Source: an uncultured Thermoplasmata archaeon (GTDB lineage Archaea > Thermoplasmatota > Thermoplasmata > Halarchaeoplasmatales > Halarchaeoplasmataceae). From it: a stretch of 64,000 bases of DNA. Shown here piece by piece: positions 1 to 7,959 of the stretch (its first letter is position 1; every line of letters begins with the position of its first letter). The notes below the pieces were generated by a model. That model was not told where the DNA came from and did not search any database. It saw nothing but the letters and a program-made list of their open reading frames with translations. A program made the translations under genes and the position numbers. Location: assembly GCA_964458595.1 (NCBI GenBank), contig CAYWJQ010000003.1, positions 123,116 to 187,115 on the forward strand. The letters run 5' to 3'.

Positions 1-639
1 AATCCTCACATATATCGGAGCTTTGGAGGATACAGGTGAAATCATGTCCTTCAGATACTGTAGTGCGAACATGCTCTCCACCTCTCCTTCAACGTTGTAC
101 TTACCAAATTGGTCCGAATAGACGGTCATATCGATCTCATCCTGATCACTTTCGGCCGTGATCCTGCATTTGAGATCATCCAAACTTATCTTCATTCCAT
201 CACTTACTGTATCAGCGGCTTTAACAGCCTTCTTGAGATAATCGGCTTCCATCTTCACCTCATTTGACAGATCTAGGTCCGGAATATCGGCGGACTTCAT
301 CCCTTCGGGATCCAACAGGGGGAAGACTTGAGACAGATTCCCACTCTCCAATTTCAATTTACCACTTTCATTGATAAGATTTAAAATTGAGTCGGAATTC
401 ACGATCTTTAGGAAATCCTGTATCTTTTCCAGGTTTAGGGCCATAGTTTCTTTCCCTTCGGTATCATATTTCTCAAAACCATTCGAGAGTACAGAGACAT
501 CCACCATGGCGACGTGAGAGTCATCTACAGCCCTGACGTTTAGTTCGTCTTCATCCACGATAAATCGGGCTTCAGCGACCACAGCATCAACTATATCTAT
601 TATCTCTCTCAACCTATCCGCTTCAAGACTCAGCTCCAT
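1..639 (-). CDS. pcn: DNA polymerase sliding clamp PCNA (partial; C-terminus runs off the window start)
   Basis: Reverse-strand translation from ATG at 639: MELSLEADRLREIIDIVDAVVAEARFIVDEDELNVRAVDDSHVAMVDVS ... PDIPDLDLSNEVKMEADYLKKAVKAADTVSDGMKIS ... FALQYLKDM. Length and motifs (PDIPDLDL, AADxVSD, YLKDM) match archaeal, haloarchaeal-like PCNA. Not in the ORF track because it is truncated at the edge. Confidence 0.8.
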   Translation of the reverse strand, partial: MELSLEADRLREIIDIVDAVVAEARFIVDEDELNVRAVDDSHVAMVDVSVLSNGFEKYDTEGKETMALNLEKIQDFLKIVNSDSILNLINESGKLKLESGNLSQVFPLLDPEGMKSADIPDLDLSNEVKMEADYLKKAVKAADTVSDGMKISLDDLKCRITAESDQDEIDMTVYSDQFGKYNVEGEVESMFALQYLKDMISPVSSKAPIYVRI

Positions 640-729
640 ACTGCCGATTCCTCCCAAAGTTGTGGGTTAATCTGTTTCATCGTATAAAAAATGACGGAAG
701 AGTTCTTCTTTTTACCCACTGTTTATACT

Positions 730-3147
730 TCACCGTTTCTTCTCGTGGTAGATCGCCACGGCTATGACCACTGACATCAACAAGATTATCGTCGTAAACC
801 CGGGTATACCTCCATCTTCAGGACATGATACTGATTCTCCGAAGTTTGCTGTTATCGTCTTATTGCTGTCCATAGTGATGTTTATCTGTTTCCTCTCTTC
901 ATCGTCAGGTACATTTCCTGTCCACACGTCGAAATCCCAATTTTCGTCTTGTACTGGTATAGCTTCCAGCGTGACATTAGTACCTTCTTCGAACCTACCG
1001 GTCCAGCCGTCTTCTATCTCTTTTCCGTCGACTTCTACCGTTCCATTACCATCTATATTTATCGTAAGGCTATATTCATCCAATTTCTCTTCTTCACAAG
1101 CCAAAAATGGATAGCCATCGTTGATCTCTTTATCTTCATCTATATCCCATATCTCTTTATTTCCAGTATCATCGTTGGGATCATCTACAAAATCCCATGG
1201 TTCATCCAATCTTTCAGTATCCGTATCTGTATAGGTTGCAAAGTCCTTCATCTCCTCTGTTGTCTTTCCCGTGGCGTTGCCTGACGTAGATGTTTGTCCG
1301 CTGGTCTCCGTGTCCCAGAAGTTACCAGTCATCTCGTAATCTTCACCTATATCTACACTTCCACAGAAACCTTTGTTTGTAGGGTCAGTACTATCTTCGT
1401 AGGTCACTCTTCCCGTTGAGTAGCAGTTGATTATTTTTCCACGATAATTACTACCTACGAATCCGCCGAATGAGATGTCGCTTGAACCGGGTAATCTGGT
1501 TACCTCTCCTCGTGCATAAGAGTTCTTAACCATGCCAGAGTTAAATCCCACGAGTCCGCCTAGTGTGTCGTTTCCACTCACATCTCCGGTGGCATACGAT
1601 TTCTCAACCCTGCCATCGTTAGTACCTGCGAGTCCGCCTACACACCAGTCTCCGCTCACTTTGCCGGTTGCATTTGAGTTTTCCACTGTACTAAAACCAA
1701 AGTTGTCCCCTACGAGCCCGCCTACCCGCCAATCACCACTGACGTCTACCGCACCGTACGAGTTCAAAACCTTGCCACTATTATCTCCCACGAGTCCGCC
1801 CACCTGATCATTACCGCTAACATTTCCGGCAGCGGAGGAGTTCAAAATCGTGCCCCCGTTGCCTCCTACGAGCATGCCTATATGACTATCTCCATTCACT
1901 TTTCCCATAGCGGACGAATTTAAAACCGTACCCTCGTCGTTCTCGCCAACGAGTCCGCCTACATACTCGTTACTCCTGATATTCACATTTACCATCTCGA
2001 GATTAGTTACCTTTCCACCCTTTACATATCCGAACATACCAATATGGGAAATAAATGGAAGATCGATGTTTAGTTTAGAGATGGTGTGGTTATCACCATC
2101 GAAGTCCGCTGCGAGATAGGGTATATATAGACCAGGATTATCCGACATATCAATATCGGAAGATAGATGGAAATCATATCCTTCCTTATCGGCAAATCCA
2201 AGTAGATCTTGTAAACCTTCTACACTGTTTATCTCGTAATGATCACCAGATGGGATCAAGGTGTCACTGTAATCTTGTATGTCAAGTTCCATATCCTCTA
2301 TCCAGTCCTGGTACTGCGCATCGAAAAGCCCGCCGATAGTGACGTGGTGACCACCATTTATCAGCACTGAATCGATATTATAGTACGAGTTCGAAACCGT
2401 GCAACCTTCATCGTTAGATCCCACGAGTCCACCTATATTGCCGTTACCGCTCACGTTTCCAGCAGCGTACGAATTTAAAACCATCCCCCAGTTATATCCC
2501 ACGAGTCCACCTACACTGCTGTTGCCGCTCACGTTTACCTCAGCGCACGAGTTATCTACTGTACCCACATTCCATCCCACGAGTCCACCTACATTGTGAT
2601 TACCGCTTATTTCACCAGTGCCGTACGAGTTCTTCACCGTGCCAGAGTTATATCCCACGAGTCCGCCTACCGACCAGTCACCACTAATATTCACGTCGAT
2701 CAATCCAATATTTTTGATCACTCCGTCATCGTTATATCCAAGCAATCCAACCCTACCCTCATTAGGTCGGTCGATGTACAGGTCGCTCACAGTATGATTC
2801 CGACCATCTAGACTGCCGTTAAATGAGTTGGCCCAATTTTCCCCAACAGGCATAAAACCCGATCCACCGTTCCACTTACTCGTCTCACTCGCATTTATAT
2901 CGTTCGCAAGGGCATAGTGTGCATTCAAATCCTCATTTATAGCCTGCAGTTGCGTAACATTTTTTATCAAGTACGGATCTCCAGGTATACCGCTCCCTCC
3001 AGCAAAAAGATTATTTGAACCTTCAGTTTCATCCCTCGCCAAATCAGTACCTTTTGATGAACTTAAAGCGATACCAAACCCACTGATTACAAGGACACAA
3101 ACCAAGCAGAAGACCAATATCTTTTGAACCCTCATATTTTCGGTCAC
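730..3147 (-). CDS. Secreted cell-surface protein with ~11 GLUG-type repeats (VGGLVGxNxGxV), bacterial-Ig/InlB-B-like C-terminal domains and a PGF-CTERM archaeosortase sorting signal
   Basis: N-terminal signal peptide (MRVQKILVFCLVCVLVISGFGIALSS). Many repeats of the form NVGGLVGWNVGTVDNS / SVGGLVGYNSGTVKNSYGTG. C-terminus GGIPGFTTIILLMSVVIAVAIYHEKKR is PGF + TM helix + basic tail, the PGF-CTERM motif. Likely true start is the internal Met (MRVQ...). Confidence 0.7.
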   Translation of the reverse strand: MTENMRVQKILVFCLVCVLVISGFGIALSSSKGTDLARDETEGSNNLFAGGSGIPGDPYLIKNVTQLQAINEDLNAHYALANDINASETSKWNGGSGFMPVGENWANSFNGSLDGRNHTVSDLYIDRPNEGRVGLLGYNDDGVIKNIGLIDVNISGDWSVGGLVGYNSGTVKNSYGTGEISGNHNVGGLVGWNVGTVDNSCAEVNVSGNSSVGGLVGYNWGMVLNSYAAGNVSGNGNIGGLVGSNDEGCTVSNSYYNIDSVLINGGHHVTIGGLFDAQYQDWIEDMELDIQDYSDTLIPSGDHYEINSVEGLQDLLGFADKEGYDFHLSSDIDMSDNPGLYIPYLAADFDGDNHTISKLNIDLPFISHIGMFGYVKGGKVTNLEMVNVNIRSNEYVGGLVGENDEGTVLNSSAMGKVNGDSHIGMLVGGNGGTILNSSAAGNVSGNDQVGGLVGDNSGKVLNSYGAVDVSGDWRVGGLVGDNFGFSTVENSNATGKVSGDWCVGGLAGTNDGRVEKSYATGDVSGNDTLGGLVGFNSGMVKNSYARGEVTRLPGSSDISFGGFVGSNYRGKIINCYSTGRVTYEDSTDPTNKGFCGSVDIGEDYEMTGNFWDTETSGQTSTSGNATGKTTEEMKDFATYTDTDTERLDEPWDFVDDPNDDTGNKEIWDIDEDKEINDGYPFLACEEEKLDEYSLTINIDGNGTVEVDGKEIEDGWTGRFEEGTNVTLEAIPVQDENWDFDVWTGNVPDDEERKQINITMDSNKTITANFGESVSCPEDGGIPGFTTIILLMSVVIAVAIYHEKKR

Positions 3148-3320
3148 CTCTCTCCTAATTATCCCATTGAAAATAAGACAAATATAAAAATATTTTCTAT
3201 TACAGATCGTTTCTTCAGACGGGTCTATTTACCTGTAGATCTCCTTCTATTCTTCCATTAACATATGAGTCGGAAACCATGCTTTTATCACTGACTCCAA
3301 CAATTTCACCCACAAACCAT

Positions 3321-3653
3321 TTATCCTTTCTGTACCCGATAAATTACTGCTGCAATGATCGAACTGAGTAACAGTAGGGTTGTGATAAATCCGGGCGTTT
3401 CTCCATCACTGCCATTACCATCTTCTTCCTCTTCAAAAATCGCTGTTATTTTCTTACTCTCGGTCATAGTGACATTTATGGTGTCTTCTTTCTCTTCACC
3501 TTCGAGTACATCTCCCCTCCATGAGACAAACTCTGAACCCTCGTACGGTTCAGCGGTCAATCCGACCCTCTTGCCTTTGATATAATCATTATGGCTATTG
3601 TTCCGATACAAGAAAATGGGTAAATTTGGATAGGCCTGAGCAGAAATTAGCAA
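3321..3653 (-). pseudogene. Remnant/duplicate of the C-terminal module of a PGF-CTERM surface protein (repeat domain + PGF-CTERM), lacking a signal peptide
   Basis: Encodes ...VGLTAEPYEGSEFVSWRGDVLEGEEKEDTINVTMTESKKITAIFEEEE...GETPGFITTLLLLSSIIAAVIYRVQKG, parallel to the last ~100 aa of the 805-aa neighbour (TLEAIPVQDENWDFDVWTGNVPDDEERKQINITMDSNKTITANFGE...GGIPGFTTIILLMSVVIAVAIYHEKKR). The N-terminus has no secretion signal. Confidence 0.35.
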
Positions 3654-3969
3654 AATGCTTTAGCTCTAAAACACGATAGAGAAGTAACTTTTTGGCCACA
3701 TTCCTTTAGAATCCACCGTTAGCTAGACCATTTCATCGTTACTGAATAAACCGATAATACTCTGAACAATATTAGTTCCGATTCGATTACCAATCTTTGA
3801 AGTGTCTATAACTTTTGTCTTCATACTCTTTCAAGGCAAGCAATGTAATTTTCTGAGGTACTGTATACTTCTTCGGAGAATATTTGCTAGTATACTTAGG
3901 CAAGTTGCTTGTTTCTACTACCATCCTGACAGCTTGGCTAAACCTAATATATCGGTTTTCACATACCAT

Positions 3970-4037
3970 GAGTGCATCCCTTTCCTGGTGCTGGCTGTCA
4001 GGACTGGACGTCAGACAGCCAGCACTCGGATGCACTT
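3970..4037. repeat. Long, near-perfect nested inverted repeat (extended hairpin, ~68 nt)
   Basis: Outer arms GAGTGCATCC (3970-3979) / GGATGCACTt (4028-4037). Inner arms GCTGGCTGTC (3990-3999) / GACAGCCAGC (4014-4023). The loop is AGGACTGGACGTCA. It lies in non-coding DNA ~170 bp from the IS left end, and overlapping small ORFs look spurious. Confidence 0.5.
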
Positions 4038-4136
4038 ATCTATTTCTATATCACGAGAACTTGCTTCGAGTGAGAGTTGGAATTTTCAATTCCTACGGAT
4101 TTAAAAATATTGATAAAATCAGTTCCATCTACGAGA

Positions 4137-4190
4137 AAGGTTTTCTACTGAGCCGATAAAACTAAGCACTCCTACGAAAAAGGTTTTCTA
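4137..4190 (+). repeat. Two copies of a ~26-bp direct repeat (CTACGAgAAAGGTTTTCTACTGAGCC / CTACGAaAAAGGTTTTCTACTGAGCC) abutting the IS left flank
   Basis: Read directly: ...ctacgagaaaggttttctactgagccgataaaactaagcactcctacgaaaaaggttttctactgagccaagccat... The second copy runs into the 13-bp direct repeat that flanks the IS. Confidence 0.5.
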
Positions 4191-4191
4191 C

Positions 4192-4204
4192 TGAGCCAAG
4201 CCAT
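4192..4204. repeat. Left copy of 13-bp direct repeat TGAGCCAAGCCAT flanking the IS (candidate target-site duplication)
   Basis: The identical 13-mer occurs at 5212-5224, immediately outside the right inverted repeat. Confidence 0.5.
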
Positions 4205-5211
4205 TGTGTTATTCGCGAATTATTTCGTTTCAATATCATCACCCCTTTCAATCATTTCAAAGAAGTTTCCAAGAATGTAAGATCGAAGCCTTTTCCAGAA
4301 TACTTCTTCAGGAGTTCGAATATCTAGACTAAAATGAGGTTTGATTTCGTTGTACCAATCAATGAAATCATCGATTGAATCAAACCTATATCGATGCTTT
4401 TCATACGTATCAAACCATTTCTCGATCTTGCCATTGCTTTGAGGGTGATTATACTTGCAGAGCAGATGTTTGATTCCTTTTTCCTTGCAGTAGTTCTCAA
4501 AAGAATGATCAGCTTCTCCGTCCTTGTCTCTTTTGTTAGCGTAAAATTCTGTACCATGATCAGTTATCACTTCTCTAATCGATCTTACATGGCTGTACTT
4601 CTCGAATGCTTCATTTAGCAATTCTATAGAAGCTTCAGCGCTTCTACTATCATACTCTCCTGCGGAGAGTATTTTACGACTAGAATCGTCTAATACAGCA
4701 CAGATCCACTTACCATGCTTGTTTTGATGCCAGTCCATATGTACAGCAGATAAGCTGTGATTCCGTTCATATCTGACCCAGGGTTTCTTTCTTCCCTTTT
4801 TGTTGTCATTTTCTCTAGCCATATTATTCTCCAACAATACTTCATGGACTTTACTATCAGCAATTTTTACATCGTCTTTTTTTCTAAGATATTTTGCTAT
4901 CAAAGTTGCTCCCATCTGAAATTCTTTACTCGTCTGGATTATCCGCTCTTCAATATCTTTAGGATAATCAGCGTATGGTTTTCTACCAGGTTTTTTCAGC
5001 ATCGGAATTTTGCCAGTTTCTCTATACTTCTTAACCAACTGTTGAATGCGACGTTGACTCACATCAAAGTCTTTCGTTACTTGTTCAGTCGATAATCCTT
5101 CATCAACCACCCATGTCACTATTTTCCTGACATCATCGTCTTCTAGAGTCATTGAATGATTAGTATCATCACTACTTAAATCTTGACGAAATAATTCGCG
5201 AATAATACAAC
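4205..5211 (-). mobile_element. IS481-family-like insertion sequence (~1.0 kb) with imperfect terminal inverted repeats and a single DDE transposase ORF
   Basis: IRL TGTGTTATTCGCGAATTATTTCG (4205-4227). The reverse complement of IRR (5187-5211) is GTTGTATTATTCGCGAATTATTTCG, with 19 identical terminal-proximal bp. It encloses one ORF with HTH + rve/DDE integrase core and is flanked by the 13-bp direct repeat. Confidence 0.65.
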
Positions 5212-5227
5212 TGAGCCAAGCCATCAA
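4220..5227 (-). CDS. DDE transposase (HTH + integrase/rve core), IS481-like
   Basis: HTH region LEDDDVRKIVTWVVDEGLSTEQVTKDFDVSQRRIQQLVKKY. Catalytic core HMDWHQNKHGKWICAVLDDSSRKIL ... ITDHGTEFY ... NHPQSNGKIEKWFDTYEK (D, D, E with the typical N-x-G-K-IE-R/K motif). The ORF-track start at 5227 overlaps the IR/DR. The likely real start is the internal Met at ~5152 (MTLEDDD). Confidence 0.75.
   Translation of the reverse strand: MMAWLSCIIRELFRQDLSSDDTNHSMTLEDDDVRKIVTWVVDEGLSTEQVTKDFDVSQRRIQQLVKKYRETGKIPMLKKPGRKPYADYPKDIEERIIQTSKEFQMGATLIAKYLRKKDDVKIADSKVHEVLLENNMARENDNKKGRKKPWVRYERNHSLSAVHMDWHQNKHGKWICAVLDDSSRKILSAGEYDSRSAEASIELLNEAFEKYSHVRSIREVITDHGTEFYANKRDKDGEADHSFENYCKEKGIKHLLCKYNHPQSNGKIEKWFDTYEKHRYRFDSIDDFIDWYNEIKPHFSLDIRTPEEVFWKRLRSYILGNFFEMIERGDDIETK
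5212..5224. repeat. Right copy of 13-bp direct repeat TGAGCCAAGCCAT flanking the IS
   Basis: Identical to 4192-4204. Confidence 0.5.
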
Positions 5228-5273
5228 AATTTATAAATACTAAAACCTAAAATTTACTGTTGAGGTAAAGAAA

Positions 5274-5543
5274 ATGGAGCCGGGCGACGGAGAGATTTTG
5301 AAGATCAGAGTTAATGATATCCAGTTAAAGGACTTGCTCTCTGATGAGATAAAAGAAAGATACAACGAAGAGATGAATGTTGATTTAAAAGTCCCTAGTA
5401 TGATATTCGCCCTCGAGAATGGAGCGGTTTTTGCAAATCATCCTAATAGAGAAACAGAAGACGAGGAAATAATAGAAATAGAAACAAACGATGAAGAAGC
5501 TCTGGAAAAATTCTGTGATTTTATAGAGATAGTTAAGGACTGA
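5274..5543 (+). CDS. Small acidic hypothetical protein (89 aa), first gene of a three-gene tightly spaced set
   Basis: GAGGT Shine-Dalgarno-like motif upstream. No recognisable domain. Next start is 10 bp downstream. Confidence 0.4.
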   Translation: MEPGDGEILKIRVNDIQLKDLLSDEIKERYNEEMNVDLKVPSMIFALENGAVFANHPNRETEDEEIIEIETNDEEALEKFCDFIEIVKD

Positions 5544-5552
5544 GGTAAAATT

Positions 5553-6050
5553 ATGGAAGATGTTTTAGATCAAGACGAGATTGAGGATGTTACTAACGAA
5601 GGAGAAGGCGCACCGGATGTCTTTCCAATTGGTGGTGAAAAAGCTGAGGAGATGGGGGCTAAGATTAGAAAACGAGCCTTTGATTTTATGGAAAAAACCA
5701 AAGGTTTTCCTGAGCTTATCAAAGATCAATCTGATATTGCTCGAACACAAGCAGAAACAGAGAAAAGAAAGGTAAAAGTTATGGAAGAATTTCTATATGT
5801 AGTCAAAGAAGAAGGGGGCATACCTATTAAGATCAAGAATGATGAGTCAGAGGGTATGGAAGAAGAAGTAGTAGTGGTGGAAGAGATTCCAAAAGAAGAG
5901 GCTAAAGATGATATAGTCCAATATTTTAAGAATCATCCTGGAGAGGATATAACACCTACTGACCTTAATCTAGAGCTTGAAATCCCATATGAAACCGTTG
6001 TAGAAGTAATAAAAGAACTTAAAGAAGAAGGGAATATCGAAGAGAGCTGA
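5553..6050 (+). CDS. Acidic hypothetical protein (165 aa) with a possible C-terminal winged-helix-like segment
   Basis: C-terminal ...DIVQYFKNHPGEDITPTDLNLELEIPYETVVEVIKELKEEGNIEES resembles a small wHTH. The wHTH assignment is inference only. The rest is highly charged low-complexity sequence. Confidence 0.4.
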   Translation: MEDVLDQDEIEDVTNEGEGAPDVFPIGGEKAEEMGAKIRKRAFDFMEKTKGFPELIKDQSDIARTQAETEKRKVKVMEEFLYVVKEEGGIPIKIKNDESEGMEEEVVVVEEIPKEEAKDDIVQYFKNHPGEDITPTDLNLELEIPYETVVEVIKELKEEGNIEES

Positions 6051-6054
6051 TATT

Positions 6055-6273
6055 ATGGTAGAATTCTACGAAAAAGAGGGATGCGGTATAGAAGGTGAAA
6101 AAATTAGGGTTGAGGCTAGAAAACTTAAAGAGAAGGGAAAAATAAGAGGATCTAGCCAACACAGGAAACAACTAATGATGGCAGAAAAAGATGCAGTGGC
6201 CATAATAGAAAAATCATACAGATCCAGATACGAAGATGATGGAACTCATCCAAATGAACATAAATTGGATTAA
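6055..6273 (+). CDS. Small hypothetical protein (72 aa), third gene of the set
   Basis: Starts 5 bp after the previous stop. Lys/Glu-rich. No recognisable domain. Confidence 0.35.
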   Translation: MVEFYEKEGCGIEGEKIRVEARKLKEKGKIRGSSQHRKQLMMAEKDAVAIIEKSYRSRYEDDGTHPNEHKLD

Positions 6274-6521
6274 ATCTTCCTAGCTTCTATTCATTAGCCA
6301 AACAGTTCTCATCTGTTTCTCCTTTAAAAATAAATTTATAATACCAGTTGATATTGACTCTTTTCAGCCCTTTTTAGATCTATTTTATTAAACCAAATAA
6401 AAATACTGCGAAAGTTCATAATTCAACTAGATTTAGAAACACTTTACTTTTATCAAAATTTTGATAGGATTTTGGTATTAAACTTTCACCTAGTTTTAGA
6501 CAACTTTCAATCACACTGACA

Positions 6522-6719
6522 TCAGGGTCGGTATTTCCAAGATCTGTCCTCTTTCTTCTCCGCCTGATCTAAAGAAGATAGATATCTACCGATCGTTCTA
6601 CCCGATATTTCAAAATCAAGAGCCCGTCTTAGATCGTAAATCTTTGCCTCTCCAAGTTCCTTCAAAGATTCCAAAACCTTTCTTCTCTCTTTATCTCTTT
6701 CTTCTTGGTCTTTGAACAT
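6522..6719 (-). CDS. Small hypothetical protein (65 aa), possible HTH
   Basis: ...YDLRRALDFEISGRTIGRYLSSL... resembles a helix-turn-helix. Weak support. Confidence 0.25.
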   Translation of the reverse strand: MFKDQEERDKERRKVLESLKELGEAKIYDLRRALDFEISGRTIGRYLSSLDQAEKKEDRSWKYRP

Positions 6720-6871
6720 CTGCAGTCATGTAGTATTTCCTTGTTATATTTTAATCTTTCTCTATTATACTGACATTACAATAAAGTTATAGGACCGCTG
6801 AGAGCAGATAGGATATAGGTCAATAACGTTTAAATCCCAAACTCCACATTCATACCACGTCGAGGGCGACG

Positions 6872-7084
6872 ATGTCGGATAGACAGGATGAAGAAGATAG
6901 TCCTCAAAAGTATGATAAAAAGGAAGAGGAATCCGAGGGAAGTCGGTCCGGGCTGAAGAAGGTCTTCACGGAAAAGAAGAAGATAGCTGCTGTTGTCATC
7001 GCAGATGTTTTGATAGTCGCCAGCACCTCTGTTGTTCTCGTATGGACTACTCCAGCGACGGCCTTGCCAATTACACTTTCTTAG
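6872..7084 (+). CDS. Small hypothetical protein with acidic N-terminus and one TM helix (70 aa)
   Basis: Contains KKIAAVVIADVLIVASTSVVLVWTT. ORF only; could be spurious. Confidence 0.2.
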   Translation: MSDRQDEEDSPQKYDKKEEESEGSRSGLKKVFTEKKKIAAVVIADVLIVASTSVVLVWTTPATALPITLS

Positions 7085-7164
7085 GGGATATAGAAGGCAA
7101 TTGGGGAGAAGAGTTTTATCGCCGAGTACGAGAAAAAACCTCACATGAAAAGTTTTAATAAAGT

Positions 7165-7920
7165 TTGATCCGCCTATATAAGTTGGTGAGGGATATGTTC
7201 GAAAAGAAGGTATCCTCGGAAGTCAAAAAAGAAGGGGCCGGAGCAAAGGTGAAAAGATTGTTTCCGTCTAAAGATATGGATCATTACGATCCTTTCGTTT
7301 TATTAGATGAGTTCTTCGTGGAGTCCGACGCGGGTTTCCCGAAGCATTCTCACGGCGGTTTTGAAGCCTTGACATATATCCTCGAAGGTGGTTTTAGACA
7401 TGAAGATAATTTAGGCAACGATTCCGCGATAACTGAAGGCGGTGTTCAGAGATTCACCGCGGGGAAAGGCATCAGACACTCCGAGATGCCAGAAGGTGAG
7501 AAAACGTCTCACGGATTTCAACTGTGGATAAACCTTCCTGAAAAGTTGAAAGGGATCGAACCCAGCTATCAGAAAGTATCTTCCGAAGAGATCCCGAAGG
7601 AAGAAAGAGACGGTTTTGAGATCAAAAAGATAATCGATGACGAGTCTCCGGTAAAAGTGAATTCTGAAGTGATTTATCACCACTTTAGTTCTGAAAAGGG
7701 AGGTTCTTGTCTCGTATCTCTGAAGGAAGGTTTCAATTCTTTCTTCTACGTTTTCGAAGGGGAATTGAAGATCGACGGCGATAAGATCGGGGAAGAGGAA
7801 GGATATTTTATCGATAATAACGAAGTATCTCTTGAGGCTGAGAAAGGCACTTCTTTCATCTTCTTATCGGGCAAACCTTTAGATGAGACTATAAGATTGG
7901 AGGGGTCTTTCGTTAGATGA
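7165..7920 (+). CDS. Pirin-family (bicupin) protein
   Basis: PKHSHGGFEALTYILEGGFRHEDNLGNDSAITEGGVQRFTAGKGIRHSEMP matches the pirin N-terminal cupin metal-site motifs (HxH...H...E). Confidence 0.75.
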   Translation: MIRLYKLVRDMFEKKVSSEVKKEGAGAKVKRLFPSKDMDHYDPFVLLDEFFVESDAGFPKHSHGGFEALTYILEGGFRHEDNLGNDSAITEGGVQRFTAGKGIRHSEMPEGEKTSHGFQLWINLPEKLKGIEPSYQKVSSEEIPKEERDGFEIKKIIDDESPVKVNSEVIYHHFSSEKGGSCLVSLKEGFNSFFYVFEGELKIDGDKIGEEEGYFIDNNEVSLEAEKGTSFIFLSGKPLDETIRLEGSFVR

Positions 7921-7959
7921 CCAAAAGTTTATTTTAAGCTTCCTAGATTCTGTAATGCC

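Noticed and set aside
764-2811. Plus-strand ORFs (764-1114, 949-1284, 1532-1807, 2399-2599, 2596-2811) antisense to the GLUG-repeat surface protein
   Set aside because: They are Pro/Ser/Thr-rich translations of the antisense of the Gly-rich repeats, with no start context. They are shadow ORFs of the 805-aa gene.
3787-4159. Small overlapping ORFs on both strands around the long hairpin
   Set aside because: They overlap each other and the inverted repeat, and have no motifs or ribosome-binding context. The region is better explained as structured non-coding DNA.
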